DNA from: Barthelona sp. PCE
Lineage: Eukaryota
Reading direction: 5' to 3'
Assembly: GCA_040285745.1 (NCBI GenBank)
Contig: JAUFOR010000001.1
Coordinates: 1,178,001-1,242,000, forward strand
Length of the DNA stretch: 64,000 nucleotides
How positions within the stretch are numbered: the first letter of the stretch is position 1; the number at the start of each line of letters is the position of its first letter. The translations under genes were made by a program, and so were the position numbers. This document shows, one piece after another, positions 39,501 through 49,300 of the stretch. The notes under the pieces are model-generated. The model did not search any database. It saw only the letters and a program-made list of their open reading frames with translations, and had not been told where the DNA came from.

Positions 39501-40564
39501 AAGTTAAGAGTAATATGGCTAGCGTAGATGATTCTGTCTTCCGTAATAAGGAACGTATCTTTAAGGTTTCGCTGTCTGGTGAGCATGCTGTCGATGCTGG
39601 TGGTGTCTTTAACGAAATTTGGTCATTCATTGCTGATGAACTGGCTGCCTGTCAGCGTATGGATCTTTTCGTCAAGACACCCAATAACGTTGATGCAAAC
39701 GGTCCTATGCAAGATGGTGTTGTTCCTAACTCTCTTCTTGAGGAACCTGATGACATGCACTTCTTAGGTAAAATGTTTGCTTCGTGTATGATCATGGAGA
39801 ATTATATGGGAATGTCTATCCCCAACATTTTCTGGAAGGCTTTACAACGTAATGCTCATACATTATTTGATATTGGAGAAGTTGATAATACACTATATAA
39901 TTTCTTAAAATGTATTCGTGATAACGTTACACCTACTGGTGACCAATTAACTCAAGATATGTTCCAGTTCATGACTGAAGGACGTACTTTTTCTATTCGT
40001 TTACTTAACGGTGAGATGGTTGAAGTCAAAGAAGATGGTTATGAGATTCCTTTATGTTGGGAGAACCGTAAAGAATGGTATGATCTGGTTACAACAGTTT
40101 ACTTTGAACAGTTTAAGGAGATTGCTGATGTTATGCGTCGTGGTATTCGTCAAATCATGCCGTGTTCTTCACTTAATATGTTCACAGGCGCAGAGATGTA
40201 CAAGATGATCTGTGGCCCCACCGACTTCTCTGTTGATAATCTTCGTAAGCACACTGTTTATGAGGGCAGTGTATCTGCAGATTCACCTGTTATTCAGATG
40301 CTTTGGCAGGTCCTTGAGGAGTTTACTCCTAAACAACGTTCTGACTTCCTTCGTTTCACGTATGGTCGTTCACGTTTACCCCCAACTATGCCCCGTTCAT
40401 TTAAAATTCAGGGTCTCACTCACGATCAACCTGATACACGTTTGCCTATGTCACATACGTGTTTCTGGCAGTTAGATCTTTATATCGGTGTTAGTAGTAT
40501 TGAAATATTTAGAACTAATCTAATTTATGCAATTACTCATTGTGTATCTATTGATACCGATTAA
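30551..40564 (+). CDS. Giant HECT E3 ubiquitin ligase with three CUB-like domains (about 3337 aa)
   Basis: C-terminal HECT: FKVSLSGEHAVDAGGVFNE...FLRFTYGRSRLP...LPMSHTCFWQLDL. CUB-like repeats at about 33340-33630, 37715-38015 and 38590-38880 (E(S/T)xHxY...E(N)xxDY...SDSS..WG). Confidence 0.92.
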   Translation: MIPTTAIISDSESAQLVNSLTGSSLMNTNTTNIIQQRSEPQAPIFAGPDVSNKQDIFSFVEYATESDKVHTVLTKVTSLCDDYCSHFSCYDDILQKRVYAMTKHYSSKVDAIMKASNQGFSQMTFDEEEAKNTTNLALKIALSMHLDVCMMVSETHPDIFLQLIDQAIKTLSLTNEFLYKYDSHLIDSYIGTFRHGMTIGRRDITTKCFVGLVVVTFSAKRLSVLMNLLHSIDSYDIDVEEVRANVNQFINHFNGIVHDTIDLPLEFEKFFNPNPLESISIKGDILSVSSTHDSALVLTKTELISEPLSLGSTESKKLQLNQPISDGSIAFVDERIFLLTTEFGNVVTDPLFEGVGRCILVFTKDLVYERFFHLNHSTNYGNLTTNGFDLLLPIPDSMEKINLMVVDTTSGDLSLFTKTDHNERAEVIYSVCGHYVFKFASSTEVFTCNCIDREESKMLEVGKCGEYSKLNSAVYSPYIGRFIGNNNGTITVFTNTNSYVPIAPCATKDVYPMYNPLDLFSEGKLHSIIFEGEANTLKIKNSILGFIYQNISGLTSYCPPEYKRLFKTHYTSPSLFSRYSVPAGFEMSRDMFNELISILRLAVADIEVGFTEDKYVYLWNAFGVLSAHLSIVNLSTGRFRFGKGDDMMTEEEEKVMIDNISDVLMMLIALSDDKFTNISTVAANLYVSMAEYFVTDLSKALSLLDDSGSITVGTSILLKGVTSKIKNSGHVSSVVFKPEKWEEQYLNIVMNDKFDDAIDEFFTNNQYKPAEDEVVNVKTDLDLFLSQPAFESLKDVFVQDVFLRVFKLQQFIAQSLRSNNIQVTPADVLKNSRLPVLFGLCLELQFNRFIDQLKSGVGAEDVKDSLPMFVTALTMHNAHFVHSVCPKIDTYYSELLELWSKFSNESTALYNEHSDTVGKAVTMSLLGTESAETTHEYANDMNEQYVVTIPGATRLEIELDSRTHFENNYDYVHIWEGSVDSGTNLASITDTPNNFNYVAQGSTVTFHVTSDSSGTYWGFKADVKGYGFVNEASSMDWVSDLHRHLVYLRAESLSSLLTRDKIDYNEKILPYMKSPIFSNGVKKSSGLLVAVPSSSSKSVIIDAAHNAAAKLIDMLKAEEYGLSFGKVDMSVFSETQLSLIEYCRGLIKRGDIVQLSLVVPHVVIALSHIALVAHHLFNNPMKMMSLDSHLKGTPTEDPLVSGLREILERILKGVSDTVTLLKKKDPKMREMSNADVFKTVAYSVFEKLEYALEFEPGFSDRSEIPSSFKVSPTLNAKSFGGPKEMDEQFGLMRLIQRYFLTSVKDITLDDIRKSVDYQTTFCDVRINVFDGVRTWLQSDASIADKVVILRRLIVGMSLLSEEYGQSRVKAFQKATRAQSNHIITVNNLDEYAVYDCIVKQDKLLSHRAAISYRHLIIHPNDALENSYKSLLECVLDLIVPFASNVTPSQISLTGTALSFIITHLRKADWEVLSRVDFIKRLAELKKSVGIVLKGIVPKEHADFAKFNIEYFELKDNKNRTDDEEKRYIELRAMRLEAMSNQIKRVEDVCDDVQSYLLLSALKAIDRHEYCVSVIDQCVHDLVYKFAAILTLNKSDIATQTLDHLKFMCETHMGINIRGKLDSAVTALLDEVKLDRSGFKKDVHHVFNIEWSKLLFLISDTIVAYPDVPDAMFRFPVLIYIVTQAIPYVVPEHQRVLGRICEGILPHYPDHHLEGLEREVILDTLFIMAKAYNVSAYGEFSGKIKFVLPKRRFEHDSYVVEDSWSIIKNAQLRSTFDRSLHSVSLNLLRYLVTFEDIQRNKRNKLRETRISTRRRLGGSIRMSKSGLSMSTVSAKGESISQWRETFLEMANNNFDTNQNVKSYNDNTKSALYAAYKKFAKNKNKDVTLKLLRGGYVGSLETMLEILGAEIPIVNVGDVVTVIETKGEDVTSNIRVHRWDGGHSRFIGFKSLIKPTSYNTVRPDSSLRKMLVTEVNRPVPVTSLRVLTRCGISYEMMGSILSQVENLDFFKSLLKHNSKSSLPLYNQNISTAMVVVEFLRARYMVLNSLFNALKATQMSDEIGEIPAEIIARLCELGGTSRYKVPDSLRSVKLLHSLRMMENEIYSALTYYFSQEGGDPKKPLCAVPQDYNTLVDEGAKELNTTALNSDPINSMSDEKYQFTVLHNLMTANTVTRSLHGVAIYNVEKDGECHRSKIHNANTFTVDNFALKPCNNGLYNYKVLVELISKNPDTMFSDNFICYLMNMITMYNQNGVNDHPLSSSICAKHYCRIANSLVSTLALSCASIIVERYPYHDVFVRSSKIFIDFLGDSFTMAATQKFAMSSFLSTVGSKTMPIVYNFGMYNEHNSYTQVENIVNTLIRSIPRNEHIPEIFTQHMNNSINSKGATQQIVESPHPYENSSDFEHVVEVRGCGGFIITFDSRCATENGCDYLQFFVDSGNGWEEKHKITGRVGNECWSQPIQIIGPKFKWRFYSDSSVNDWGYLFFITPITAPYQPSIDNFFSCVGVLVSTYFNSFMMNDDVEQSQLQNSVIDLLGSIGREKQLDIVRDRTLSKDNFQVIRDFFGVFYYLINEQGFDFTMNVFNELNVSTFVKKLPKFTDPKEGFNPLVMDMMPPISVMDLALSAPQEFLENYTNDHKIDIEYYRLLSTMFHFYRDFQFGIVSEKNYREIFSGISYSSSYYTFETTHSYENSCRFRMQFKEPDVVGYAVLFDSRCKTENNCDYVIFSGTTEGTRERPYAYSGSENSFPFMMIVEREEFWMLFESDSSGNEWGVSCRVIPIYKESVAPEIDEAKYDEFKKVNEEFFASTALQRSFTNLIDDIASKLSVSSVLELEFIQSVDLPNHTDGGYYAIDGNQRTEHESLVTRRSTFIADNVLQSCMRNYPILAEYTREQLHYRFLTYRHFFFCLMPLLRFKGTVDMSKVGKTSPMLRYNVYDILQILAQNSCTLTYSIKRSLLMGELGSLPKGEYKSISLSRAMGAKPIFYQVKSNMASVDDSVFRNKERIFKVSLSGEHAVDAGGVFNEIWSFIADELAACQRMDLFVKTPNNVDANGPMQDGVVPNSLLEEPDDMHFLGKMFASCMIMENYMGMSIPNIFWKALQRNAHTLFDIGEVDNTLYNFLKCIRDNVTPTGDQLTQDMFQFMTEGRTFSIRLLNGEMVEVKEDGYEIPLCWENRKEWYDLVTTVYFEQFKEIADVMRRGIRQIMPCSSLNMFTGAEMYKMICGPTDFSVDNLRKHTVYEGSVSADSPVIQMLWQVLEEFTPKQRSDFLRFTYGRSRLPPTMPRSFKIQGLTHDQPDTRLPMSHTCFWQLDLYIGVSSIEIFRTNLIYAITHCVSIDTD

Positions 40565-40574
40565 TAAACGCGTT

Positions 40575-41393
40575 TTATTGTCTATAAGCTTGGATGTTAT
40601 CCCAATTAATGGTAGAACCAAAGATTGGCATTCTTCGTCGAGCTTGATTAAAAACATCCGTTTCTATGTGATTATAAAACTCTATAAAGTCATTATGGAA
40701 CGCTAATTCAACGTCTAGTATGCGTTTGATACAACGTTCTTCCCAATCTTCACTGGTTCTCTTTAAATCTACAATAAATGTTTTTTCTTTGTTAACATTC
40801 ATCTGAACATTGCCAGATTCAAAGAAATGAGAGCTGATGGAGTACTTCGCAGTGATTTCGTATCCAACATCGTTGGATTCAAGTCGATATACAGCGTTCC
40901 ATTTTGCAGAATGGAAATTTTGCTTATCATATTGATAACCACTTAAAATAACGTTATATACACACTCTTCATCGATTACAACTTCAAAACCAGAGGTAGT
41001 ACTTACATAAAACGATTCAATGTGTGAGCGAATTGCCTCGATAAGGTTTTCAATTTCGATTTCATCATCACCTAGAAACTTTTCAATTTCTTCATCAGAT
41101 GCTGGTCGCTGTCCAACAACCGTCATCTTCATAGGATTAATGCTTACAACTTCCTTTGTTTTGCTGTTGAAAAATTGCAAATCTGCAATATCTACTACAT
41201 TCTGTAGTGATAAAACGATGGATGTGTTATCGTATGGGACGGTGAGCATATGTGATGTCAGATGCGTGAGTACAGCGGAGGCAGCAGCATCGTTTAGAAC
41301 ATCGTCATCGATAATGTGCTTAAGATCCTTCATGATCTGTTTGAATTCACCGGCTGGTGTCGACAACAGAAAGTGTGTGGCAATTTCGGTCAT
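40575..41393 (-). CDS. CAPZA: F-actin capping protein alpha subunit
   Basis: IATHFLLSTPAGEF..DL, NFHSAKW, HFFESGNVQM and RRRMPI....NWD. Confidence 0.9.
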   Translation of the reverse strand: MTEIATHFLLSTPAGEFKQIMKDLKHIIDDDVLNDAAASAVLTHLTSHMLTVPYDNTSIVLSLQNVVDIADLQFFNSKTKEVVSINPMKMTVVGQRPASDEEIEKFLGDDEIEIENLIEAIRSHIESFYVSTTSGFEVVIDEECVYNVILSGYQYDKQNFHSAKWNAVYRLESNDVGYEITAKYSISSHFFESGNVQMNVNKEKTFIVDLKRTSEDWEERCIKRILDVELAFHNDFIEFYNHIETDVFNQARRRMPIFGSTINWDNIQAYRQ

Positions 41394-41674
41394 ATCCCTG
41401 TGAAATTGAACAAAAAACTGAATACAGGTAGATTTCGGCTTTTTTATAAACAGTGTGTGATTCTCAAGGGTATTTACAGGTGCAGAACCGAAGAAATCTC
41501 AACTGTTTAAGTCTATTCATATTTTGGATGTGGAAATTTTGAGTTACGTTTGTGGTCAAGTACATTGTGGAGCGTGTGAAATATCCTTCTTTGTGCGTTA
41601 TTAAAGTGTTCCAGTTGTATGTTAACGGGTTGTTTTTGTATCCGATTAATTCTCCTCTTACAAGCACTTTCTAT

Positions 41675-42637
41675 ATGAGAAAGAGAAAGCAATCGTTCGC
41701 ATTCGCTAATCTGGACTTCAGCGGTGTGCACGTACACAGTAATCCTCGATCAAAACATAAAAGCAGTATAAAAGAGCGAATAAGCCCTTATTATCAACTT
41801 CCATGTGGTCTGCCCTGCTGTGAACACTATGAACTGTTCAGTTCAAACAAAGCGCAACAGATTCAATCCCTTTTTCCCGGCATTTTACGTAAAAGTTCTG
41901 TTTCACGTTCTGAATTTGACAGACTGGCTAGTTACAGCCCATCTGAGCTTGATGTTATCATTATGGAAGCCTTTGAGTTACACGGTTCTCCCATTAGCTA
42001 TCATGCTCTACTTTCATATATATATCGTAATTTGCATCGTTTAAGGAAAAAAATGATGAGTAGTCCTGAACTTTCATTGCTTGAGGTATGTACAGATATG
42101 TTATATCCTTTTGCTGGATTACCCAGAGTATCTCAAAGTGTTCCTAATTGGTTTACTATAACTCCAATTCCTGAAGAGTTCAATGGTAAACAATTTCGTG
42201 TTACGCTTCCTTTCGATCGTAATGCATTTGTTTTAACAGATTATTTGGATGAAATTGAACTTACTAATGCACAATTAGCTGTTATTTATGCTATTCAACG
42301 TTGTGATAATGAAGCAGGTTCACCTACTCAGATTGCTGCAATTTTACAGGAATTTTTACCAAAAAGTAAGAAGTTTGACGTGTATGATAAACCTGTAGTT
42401 CGTGCTAGATTATTAGTTGAACATGTTTTAAAGAGCAAATATTTGGGAAAGAGTTTATTTTCTAGATACAAGAAAAAACGATCATTATACACAATATCAC
42501 CAGCTACACGACGTCGTAGTGCGAGGGAAGATGATTACAGTACTTTTGATGAATATGATGATGGAACTCGTTCAAGACCGCTCAGCAGAAGTTTGTCAAG
42601 GGCAAGTCGTCAACCGATTGAATATGATGAATTGTGA
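41675..42637 (+). CDS. Hypothetical basic, probably nuclear protein (possible tandem winged-helix-like segments)
   Basis: ATG at 41675 (MRKRKQ). Segments IIMEAFELHGSPISYHALLSYI and VIYAIQRCDNEAGSPTQIAAIL are weakly H15/HARE-HTH-like. Confidence 0.6.
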   Translation: MRKRKQSFAFANLDFSGVHVHSNPRSKHKSSIKERISPYYQLPCGLPCCEHYELFSSNKAQQIQSLFPGILRKSSVSRSEFDRLASYSPSELDVIIMEAFELHGSPISYHALLSYIYRNLHRLRKKMMSSPELSLLEVCTDMLYPFAGLPRVSQSVPNWFTITPIPEEFNGKQFRVTLPFDRNAFVLTDYLDEIELTNAQLAVIYAIQRCDNEAGSPTQIAAILQEFLPKSKKFDVYDKPVVRARLLVEHVLKSKYLGKSLFSRYKKKRSLYTISPATRRRSAREDDYSTFDEYDDGTRSRPLSRSLSRASRQPIEYDEL

Positions 42638-42645
42638 ACACTTGT

Positions 42646-44796
42646 TTATTGATTAAAAATATCGTGGCATGATACAGGTAAAGAACAACCTGCTTGAACC
42701 ATACGTTGAATAAATTGAATAGAATTTTCTTGAGAAAGATGGAAAAATAAACTCTGATGTTTTCTTTCGTAATAGAAGTGCTCAATGGACCATGCTGAAC
42801 CTGCGTTATTATGTGTCCATTCTAAACATCTTTCTAAAAGTGAAGTATTGTCGAGATGAATAGCAAGCATAAATGTCTCAACAAAAGTTAAAGGTGTTAT
42901 TGTCTGTGCTATTCGTTCAACAATGAACTCTGTAAGCGGTTGGGCACATAGGTACTCAGAAATACGAAGATAATTGGGGGCCTCATCAATGTCAATGTTT
43001 AAATGATCACAATTACGAGTATTTATCAATGTTGCAATATCACTAACTGTTGCAGCTGGGAAATCCAGTTCGATACGATGTGAGTCATCCCCAAAAGCAG
43101 CAAAAGCAGACGCTAATTGTGAAAGACTCAGTAAAATATCACGATTCACAGGATGTTCTCCTTCATCTTCGTCAATGAGCATAATATCTAAAGGTAACTC
43201 GATTTCACACGGTGGCGAGACAACGAATGGGTATGTGGGATTTGCTTTGGAAAGGATTTTGCGTATTCTAAAGAAATTTTTTCGACCCAAACCAAATGGC
43301 ATACAAGCAGTTTCTAAATCAATTACATCGAGTTCAGAATCTAAATAAACGCCAAAGATAAGAGCACCTAGGACAAGACGTTGTTTAGCATTTTCCATAT
43401 CAAAGAATAAAGTTTTTTCTTCATCTGTAAAAAGAGAAGCAAAAAGCATATCATCACAACGATTCTGAACAGCATCTAAAAGAAAATGTTCAAAAAATGC
43501 AAATGAAGGGTTGTTTAAGACACGGTGTGGTGTATCAAAAGCTCTTTCAATGGCATATTTACGATTATTAAAAAAAAAAGTTTTGTTAAAAGAAATATTT
43601 TCTCGGCACTTTAACTCTTCTGCTTTATGAATGAAATGTGTGTTTGCTTCACCTGCTACTTTTGATAATAACTCGACGTGATTACTGTTCTCCCAACTTG
43701 CATTAACAATGTGCTGATTTTTTTCGTTTAACAAAGTTGGAGCATCACGAAGATCTTCAACTGAAATATGATCACGACGGCCCCATAAATGACAATATCC
43801 ACAATCAGAAATTGCACATACAGTTTCTCCATGAGCAAAAAAGCGCATACAGTTTGGAAAAGTGTGATTCATCAAAAAAGGTTCGGATGAAGATGATTGA
43901 TCAACATCAACACACGTGATACTATGCTTATTTGATCCAAAAACAAGTACACGCCAGTCATTCATTAGAAGAATAGTACTATGATCTGTGCATGCAACAT
44001 CTAAGAATGTTCCAAATACGTTTGGGCTGACTAACTCGGACGAATAACGTTCTTCTCTTGGCATATCATCAAGTAAATGAGTTCCTAACTGACCTTGAGT
44101 ATTAGATCCGAACATTTGAATAGATCCATCACAAAATAATAGAGCACCATGATTGATACCACAAACAACTTTTGCTATAGGTTTTTCTGTTGTTATGGTT
44201 TTTAGTGAATGTAATGAAGTAAAATAAACTAATGAATATGTTGAACAAATGCAAATCATACTATCAGAAGCAGCTATACTCACTACATCCATGTCTGGTA
44301 AGTTAATTATTTCAAGAAGTGAAGAGATAGTTTGTACTCTATTTTCTTCACCATTTAATGTAAATCTTCCTTCTACAAGCACATCACCATCTTCTGTGAG
44401 CAGCAGGAGTGTGTTTGAGCAGACAGAAACTTGTACAATTGACGTACCTGTTTGAAGAGGAATACAACTTCTTGCTTGAAGTTTATAAACGTTACTAATA
44501 TGTGAGAAACGCTTAAATGTGATATCTGCCTCCTTCAATCGGTCTAACTTGGAAAGACGTGACCATATAATTGTACCTTTTAGTTTTATATAAAGAATAC
44601 GGTGAGCAGGAACATCTGGATTAATCTCTGCTTCTTCTTTAATACCTTTAAATCTGTCTGCATACCCGATTGTTATGTTTGCGTTTTCAACAGCAGTATT
44701 TGTGGTCTCTCCAGTTTCATTATTCATCTCAAAAGCAGATGCATTGAATACTGGATCGTATTTAAGCTGATTTAATATATCTCTATGTGTACGCAT
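42646..44796 (-). CDS. RCC1-repeat plus BTB/BACK protein (Cullin3 adaptor-like)
   Basis: RCC1 repeats VVCGINHGALLFCDGSIQMFGSNTQGQLG and VACTDHSTILL...VFGSN. C-terminal BTB-like DIMLI...HPVNRDILLSLS...ISEYLCAQPL. Confidence 0.75.
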   Translation of the reverse strand: MRTHRDILNQLKYDPVFNASAFEMNNETGETTNTAVENANITIGYADRFKGIKEEAEINPDVPAHRILYIKLKGTIIWSRLSKLDRLKEADITFKRFSHISNVYKLQARSCIPLQTGTSIVQVSVCSNTLLLLTEDGDVLVEGRFTLNGEENRVQTISSLLEIINLPDMDVVSIAASDSMICICSTYSLVYFTSLHSLKTITTEKPIAKVVCGINHGALLFCDGSIQMFGSNTQGQLGTHLLDDMPREERYSSELVSPNVFGTFLDVACTDHSTILLMNDWRVLVFGSNKHSITCVDVDQSSSSEPFLMNHTFPNCMRFFAHGETVCAISDCGYCHLWGRRDHISVEDLRDAPTLLNEKNQHIVNASWENSNHVELLSKVAGEANTHFIHKAEELKCRENISFNKTFFFNNRKYAIERAFDTPHRVLNNPSFAFFEHFLLDAVQNRCDDMLFASLFTDEEKTLFFDMENAKQRLVLGALIFGVYLDSELDVIDLETACMPFGLGRKNFFRIRKILSKANPTYPFVVSPPCEIELPLDIMLIDEDEGEHPVNRDILLSLSQLASAFAAFGDDSHRIELDFPAATVSDIATLINTRNCDHLNIDIDEAPNYLRISEYLCAQPLTEFIVERIAQTITPLTFVETFMLAIHLDNTSLLERCLEWTHNNAGSAWSIEHFYYERKHQSLFFHLSQENSIQFIQRMVQAGCSLPVSCHDIFNQ

Positions 44797-45123
44797 GCTC
44801 TCTCAGGCCCCTGGCAGAATAAAAAAGTATTGAAAAGGGTAATATTGATGAAAGTAATGGTCTCATTTGAGGTCCACTTTCAATATCAATTTTAATAGTT
44901 TCTAACAAGTGAATGTTTGTTTATGTATTGCAGTGGAACTTTTAAAAAGTTGATTAATTGAATTTTTTTTGATATAGGGTTGTTATTTAAACTTTTGTGG
45001 ATAAATTTTCTTAACTTCCTGGTTAAAACACCATAAACTTAACAATGGGCGTTGTAAAGTCAGCATAAATCTGTCTAGACATTTTAATTCCTTTTTACAT
45101 CTCCAGGGCATTTTCAACAAATC

Positions 45124-45984
45124 ATGATCGCAACAGTATGTTATATTTCTAACCAAGAGGATGTTCCTCACTTTTAGAGGCCAAAAAGAAAACAACAGCG
45201 AACAGCCACATCTAATAATGCTCCTGTTCAGCAATTGGTTCCCGAAAGCGCACCAGTGCAGCACCACGTGCCCGAAACCCGTTCCAGGTCGAAAGAGAGA
45301 TCCAGATCTCGCAATAGAAACTCTAGAATCTCAAAAAAATCAGCTGTTTCAACCCAAAACATGACAGCTGATGAACAAATGAACGTGGAGGTGCGTTTAT
45401 ACGACTCCTCACAGGAGAGAAAAGATGTTAGACAGTTGGCTAACATTTACTCTTTGATTAATACACTTAGTATTGTTGAAAGAGCTTATTTATCTGATAA
45501 TCTCCCCGAATCAGTCTACGAGGCAGAGAGCAAGGCTCTTTTGAGCAAGATTTCGCAGACAAAGAAGTTGGGCGAAGTTGATCTCAATGAATTTACAAGA
45601 GAATGGAAAATGAACGTTCCCGCGGCTCTGCATCGTATCGCCGTTGGCGTCCCTGCCACAATTGAGTTTGGAGGAAGTTCAAACACTATGTCAGTTGCAA
45701 AAGATGCAGCTGATACAACGCAAAGTTATATTACTGCCCTAGATGCTCTTGAACTGGAGCAGATGGATGTTGACCAGATTCAACCACTCATTCGTGATAT
45801 ATGTGTTGGTCTAAACAAATTTCCACAAATTTCTCAAGAAGATACAACGAAAAAAAGTATGGTGGAATGGTTGACATCTCTTAACAGTCGTCAGCCTGGT
45901 GATTCTTTAAGTGATAATGAGTTACGTCAATTGAAATTTGATATTGATAATTCATACGCTAATTTCCATTCTGCTCTTAAGTAA
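45124..45984 (+). CDS. VPS28: ESCRT-I subunit Vps28, 2 exons: 45124-45135, 45178-45984
   Basis: LANIYSLINTL..VERAY, GVPAT, ITALDAL...VDQIQPL and RQLKFDIDNSY. The 5' exon MIAT is inferred from the intron; ATG 45361 is an alternative start. Confidence 0.9.
45136..45177 (+). other. Spliceosomal intron in VPS28 (42 nt, phase 0)
   Basis: GTATGT...CCTCACTTTTAG joins ATG ATC GCA ACA to the open frame at 45178. Confidence 0.75.
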
Positions 45985-46346
45985 TCATTGTAATTCCACT
46001 CAATGTACTGTAAATATGACGTTTTTTTTTTCTTCTTTTTTTACTTCTTTTTAAATGAGGAAGTTACAAAACACCTCCACAGAATCCAAATGCAAAATTC
46101 AGATTCTCTTTTTCCAAGATTTACTTAATAATAAAGCAATTATGATGCTCAACGTTGTGTAGTATCAATGTCCAAGCATTTTGAGGATGATAGAAAAACG
46201 AAACCTTGGTTGCTCGTGGGTATTACCAGTGAAGTACATGCTTCGATTGTAATTTTAGCAATAATGTTAATGTTACACATTATTTTCCGCCCAATGTGGA
46301 CAATATATTTACACATAATTTAACAGCTACAAAATCTACCATCAGT

Positions 46347-49300
46347 CTATTGGAACTGCTGCATGCGTTCCTGCACCTGCTCGAGGGTGACATTTTGTAC
46401 CGGGGCAACGTTACATTGGCCGTGGTGTCCGCAGTTAGGCGAGAGGCACGAGAAGCAGAACTCGCGAGCGCAGGTGAAGCACTTCATGCTCTTACACTCT
46501 CCACCGTGCTCTATGGGTGTCAGGCAATTCGGACATACGCGCACAGACGGCACACCTGGAATGTTGTTAAACTCAATAGTAATCAAGGTTGCGTTGTGCA
46601 AACGGTTGTTGAGCTTGTCTACGTCGTCCTGCGTCCATTGCGAGAGGCGCTGCATGATAAAGAGCTTGAACTCGTTCGGGAGGATGCCGCGGATGGCGAG
46701 AGGGATTCCTTCGCGCACGCGCAAAACGCTGTTCGGGAGCCTCAATGTTTGATCGCAAAGGGCGACAGACGGCAGCAAGGTGTCGACCGGTTGTAGAATG
46801 ACGGTGAATAAGTTCAGTTCGGGCGAGCCGTTGAGCCAGTACACGAACTGCAGCAAATCAAGAGAGTTGAATCCCTGTAATATTTCTGCTAATGTGTCGC
46901 GTACGTTGGTGGGTACACTATCGTCGAATACCAGGGTAGCAAGAACCTGCTCGGTGGTGAAACGAGGGGGGCCGCACATCATCGCTTTGACTTCAGCGAA
47001 CGTGAGTGTGACTCCCAGCTGCGATATCAGCTCATGCGAGTTAAATGCTGCGTTAACCTTCTTCGACAGCTCCAACCATGGTTCGGAAAACACGACACGG
47101 GCGTTCTGCAGGAATTCATCAATGTTATCAGCAGTTACCAACTTGTCCTCATCTCCTAAGAAGTTGAAGTTCAGACTCTCGTGATTCAGCATGTTAAGGA
47201 TGTACCCCGACTCGGTCGGGAACACCCTGTCGAAGATAATTGCATCGGAAAGCTTGTCATAATCTTCACTGAGCGCATTCAGCAAGAACTGGCCAACCTG
47301 AATGTCGTCGACGGGCGACTGAAACACGAAACAGCAGTACAGGAAGCCGCACACGGCCTCGATGAGGTCTTCAGAAGCCGTGGTATCGAAGTGGATGAAG
47401 GAGCGAAGCTCGAAAATGTAATCCACGAACTGTGTAATTGAGAGCTGCTCCATTCCGTGCATCTTAATCGAAGCGCCGAAATGCTCAGCGCAGCTCATGA
47501 ACGTTCTGGTACTGGTGAACACCTTAACGAATAGTTCATCGAAGGACTCAGTGGTTTGCTCGAACTCCATTGTGCATCCATCACGCCCGTTGTCGCGCAG
47601 CAGCGCCTGCTTAGCAACGATGAACTGGTTGATCTGGCGTCGGATGAGTGTGATGCGGTCCTGCGCTACCGGTGCGTTTGCGCGCCACTCATAGCAGCTG
47701 AGCTCGTAAATGGACGGTCTCAGCTGAGGATCCTGAGCTTGGCAGCGTTGGATAATTTCCGAGTGGGCCCAGTTATTCGGCAAACCCAAATTGGCAATGT
47801 CTATTCTGTTTTGAGCGAAAATGTCGGCAACAGTTTTCCCAAGTGAAAAAATGTCGCTCAAAAACGTGTGAGGCTGACCCTTCAACACTTCATCGGCCAT
47901 GTAACCCACAGTACCAACCATTGTGGATCCAAGGGTGTGATTGTTCGAGATGCTGACGCCAAAATCGCACAACTTAATCTTGGGGTTTGATGCATCCTCG
48001 CTACAATAAACAAGAACGTTCTGCGGTTTGAGATCCCTCAAAATAATACCGCTGGCGTGCATCATGAACACGGCCATCACGAGCTGGTGAGCCAAACTGT
48101 TCCTCGTCGAAATATCAAGATCGGGGAATGCGCTCAAAAACTGCTCAAGATCGTAGGGTGCGCGTTCAAGCTCTAGACATACGAATTTGACAGTTGTGGA
48201 GCCCTTTTTCATTTCAGGCACAAGTACGACATTCTTGAGTGATACGACACATGGGTAAAGCTTTGTTAGAACACGTAGCTCCCTTCGCAGTGCTTTAAGA
48301 TTCATGTCTCTGTCGCCCCTAAACCTTTCGGAGACACAAATGCACTTGATGAACAGATCATCCCTTACCAACGTGTCGTTCTGCAATCCAATTTCCTCCA
48401 GATCGCCGTTCAGATAGTTATCGTAACTGATGATCTTTGGAACAGAGGGAAACCTGATGGAAGACAGTCGCAGCTCCACCAGTGTGCTGTTGAGGTTGAC
48501 GGCGAGAGAAAACTCACAAATTGTATCTTTCAATTGTTTAGCGTTTGACTCAATTACATCAATCAGATGAGCCTTGGTATCCACGAAATGAGCACGTGTA
48601 TACCCGTTGATATCCGAATGATGACGATCCAGCTGGTCTTGAAGCGAATACAGTTGATTGAAATCGATGGTGACATCTACTTCATCCTGCGCGTTTTGTG
48701 CTTCCCTGAACTCCTTAACGCGCTGTGTGATCTGTTTGATCTGTTCAACGATGTCATCCAAAGCCTTACTCTTGTCGCTGAAATGTATGAGCGCTGAGTG
48801 CACCTCAGCCAAGTGAAGCTCGTCATACTTATCGAAAACCTTGAAGTAAACATCCAAACTCTGCAGTTCTGTAAGTTTAGCAGCGTAGGAATACTCGTTC
48901 AGCAACTTAGCAATGGGAAACTGTGCTACCAAATCCGAAAACTTGGAGCTGAAAGTGATGGATAAGGTATCTTCTAACTCAAAATCTAAAATGATGTTTT
49001 TCAGTGAATTAATTAAGTTAATAGCCTGCTCTAGTTCATTCATATGCTGTTCCAACGTATTCACAATGGAGTTAGAAGACATTAAATTAAAAAATGAGTC
49101 AGGCAGCATCTCAAGCTGACGAACGGCGGCAGCGCAACCGTTAACATGCTCCGTCAGCGCACTGTACTCAATGTTACCTGAATTGGGTACCAGCTGACTC
49201 AGTATATCAAAAGTGACTTGCAACTTCATGTCCATCTCATATTTTTGGTCTTCCATATCCTTCTTCTGCTTCTGCAACTTCATTTCTATCTCTGACTTCT

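Noticed and set aside
46296-47846. Several plus-strand ORFs (up to 166 aa) opposite the kinase-HECT-Rcat gene
   Set aside because: Antisense shadows expected in a GC-rich coding segment; no recognisable motifs.
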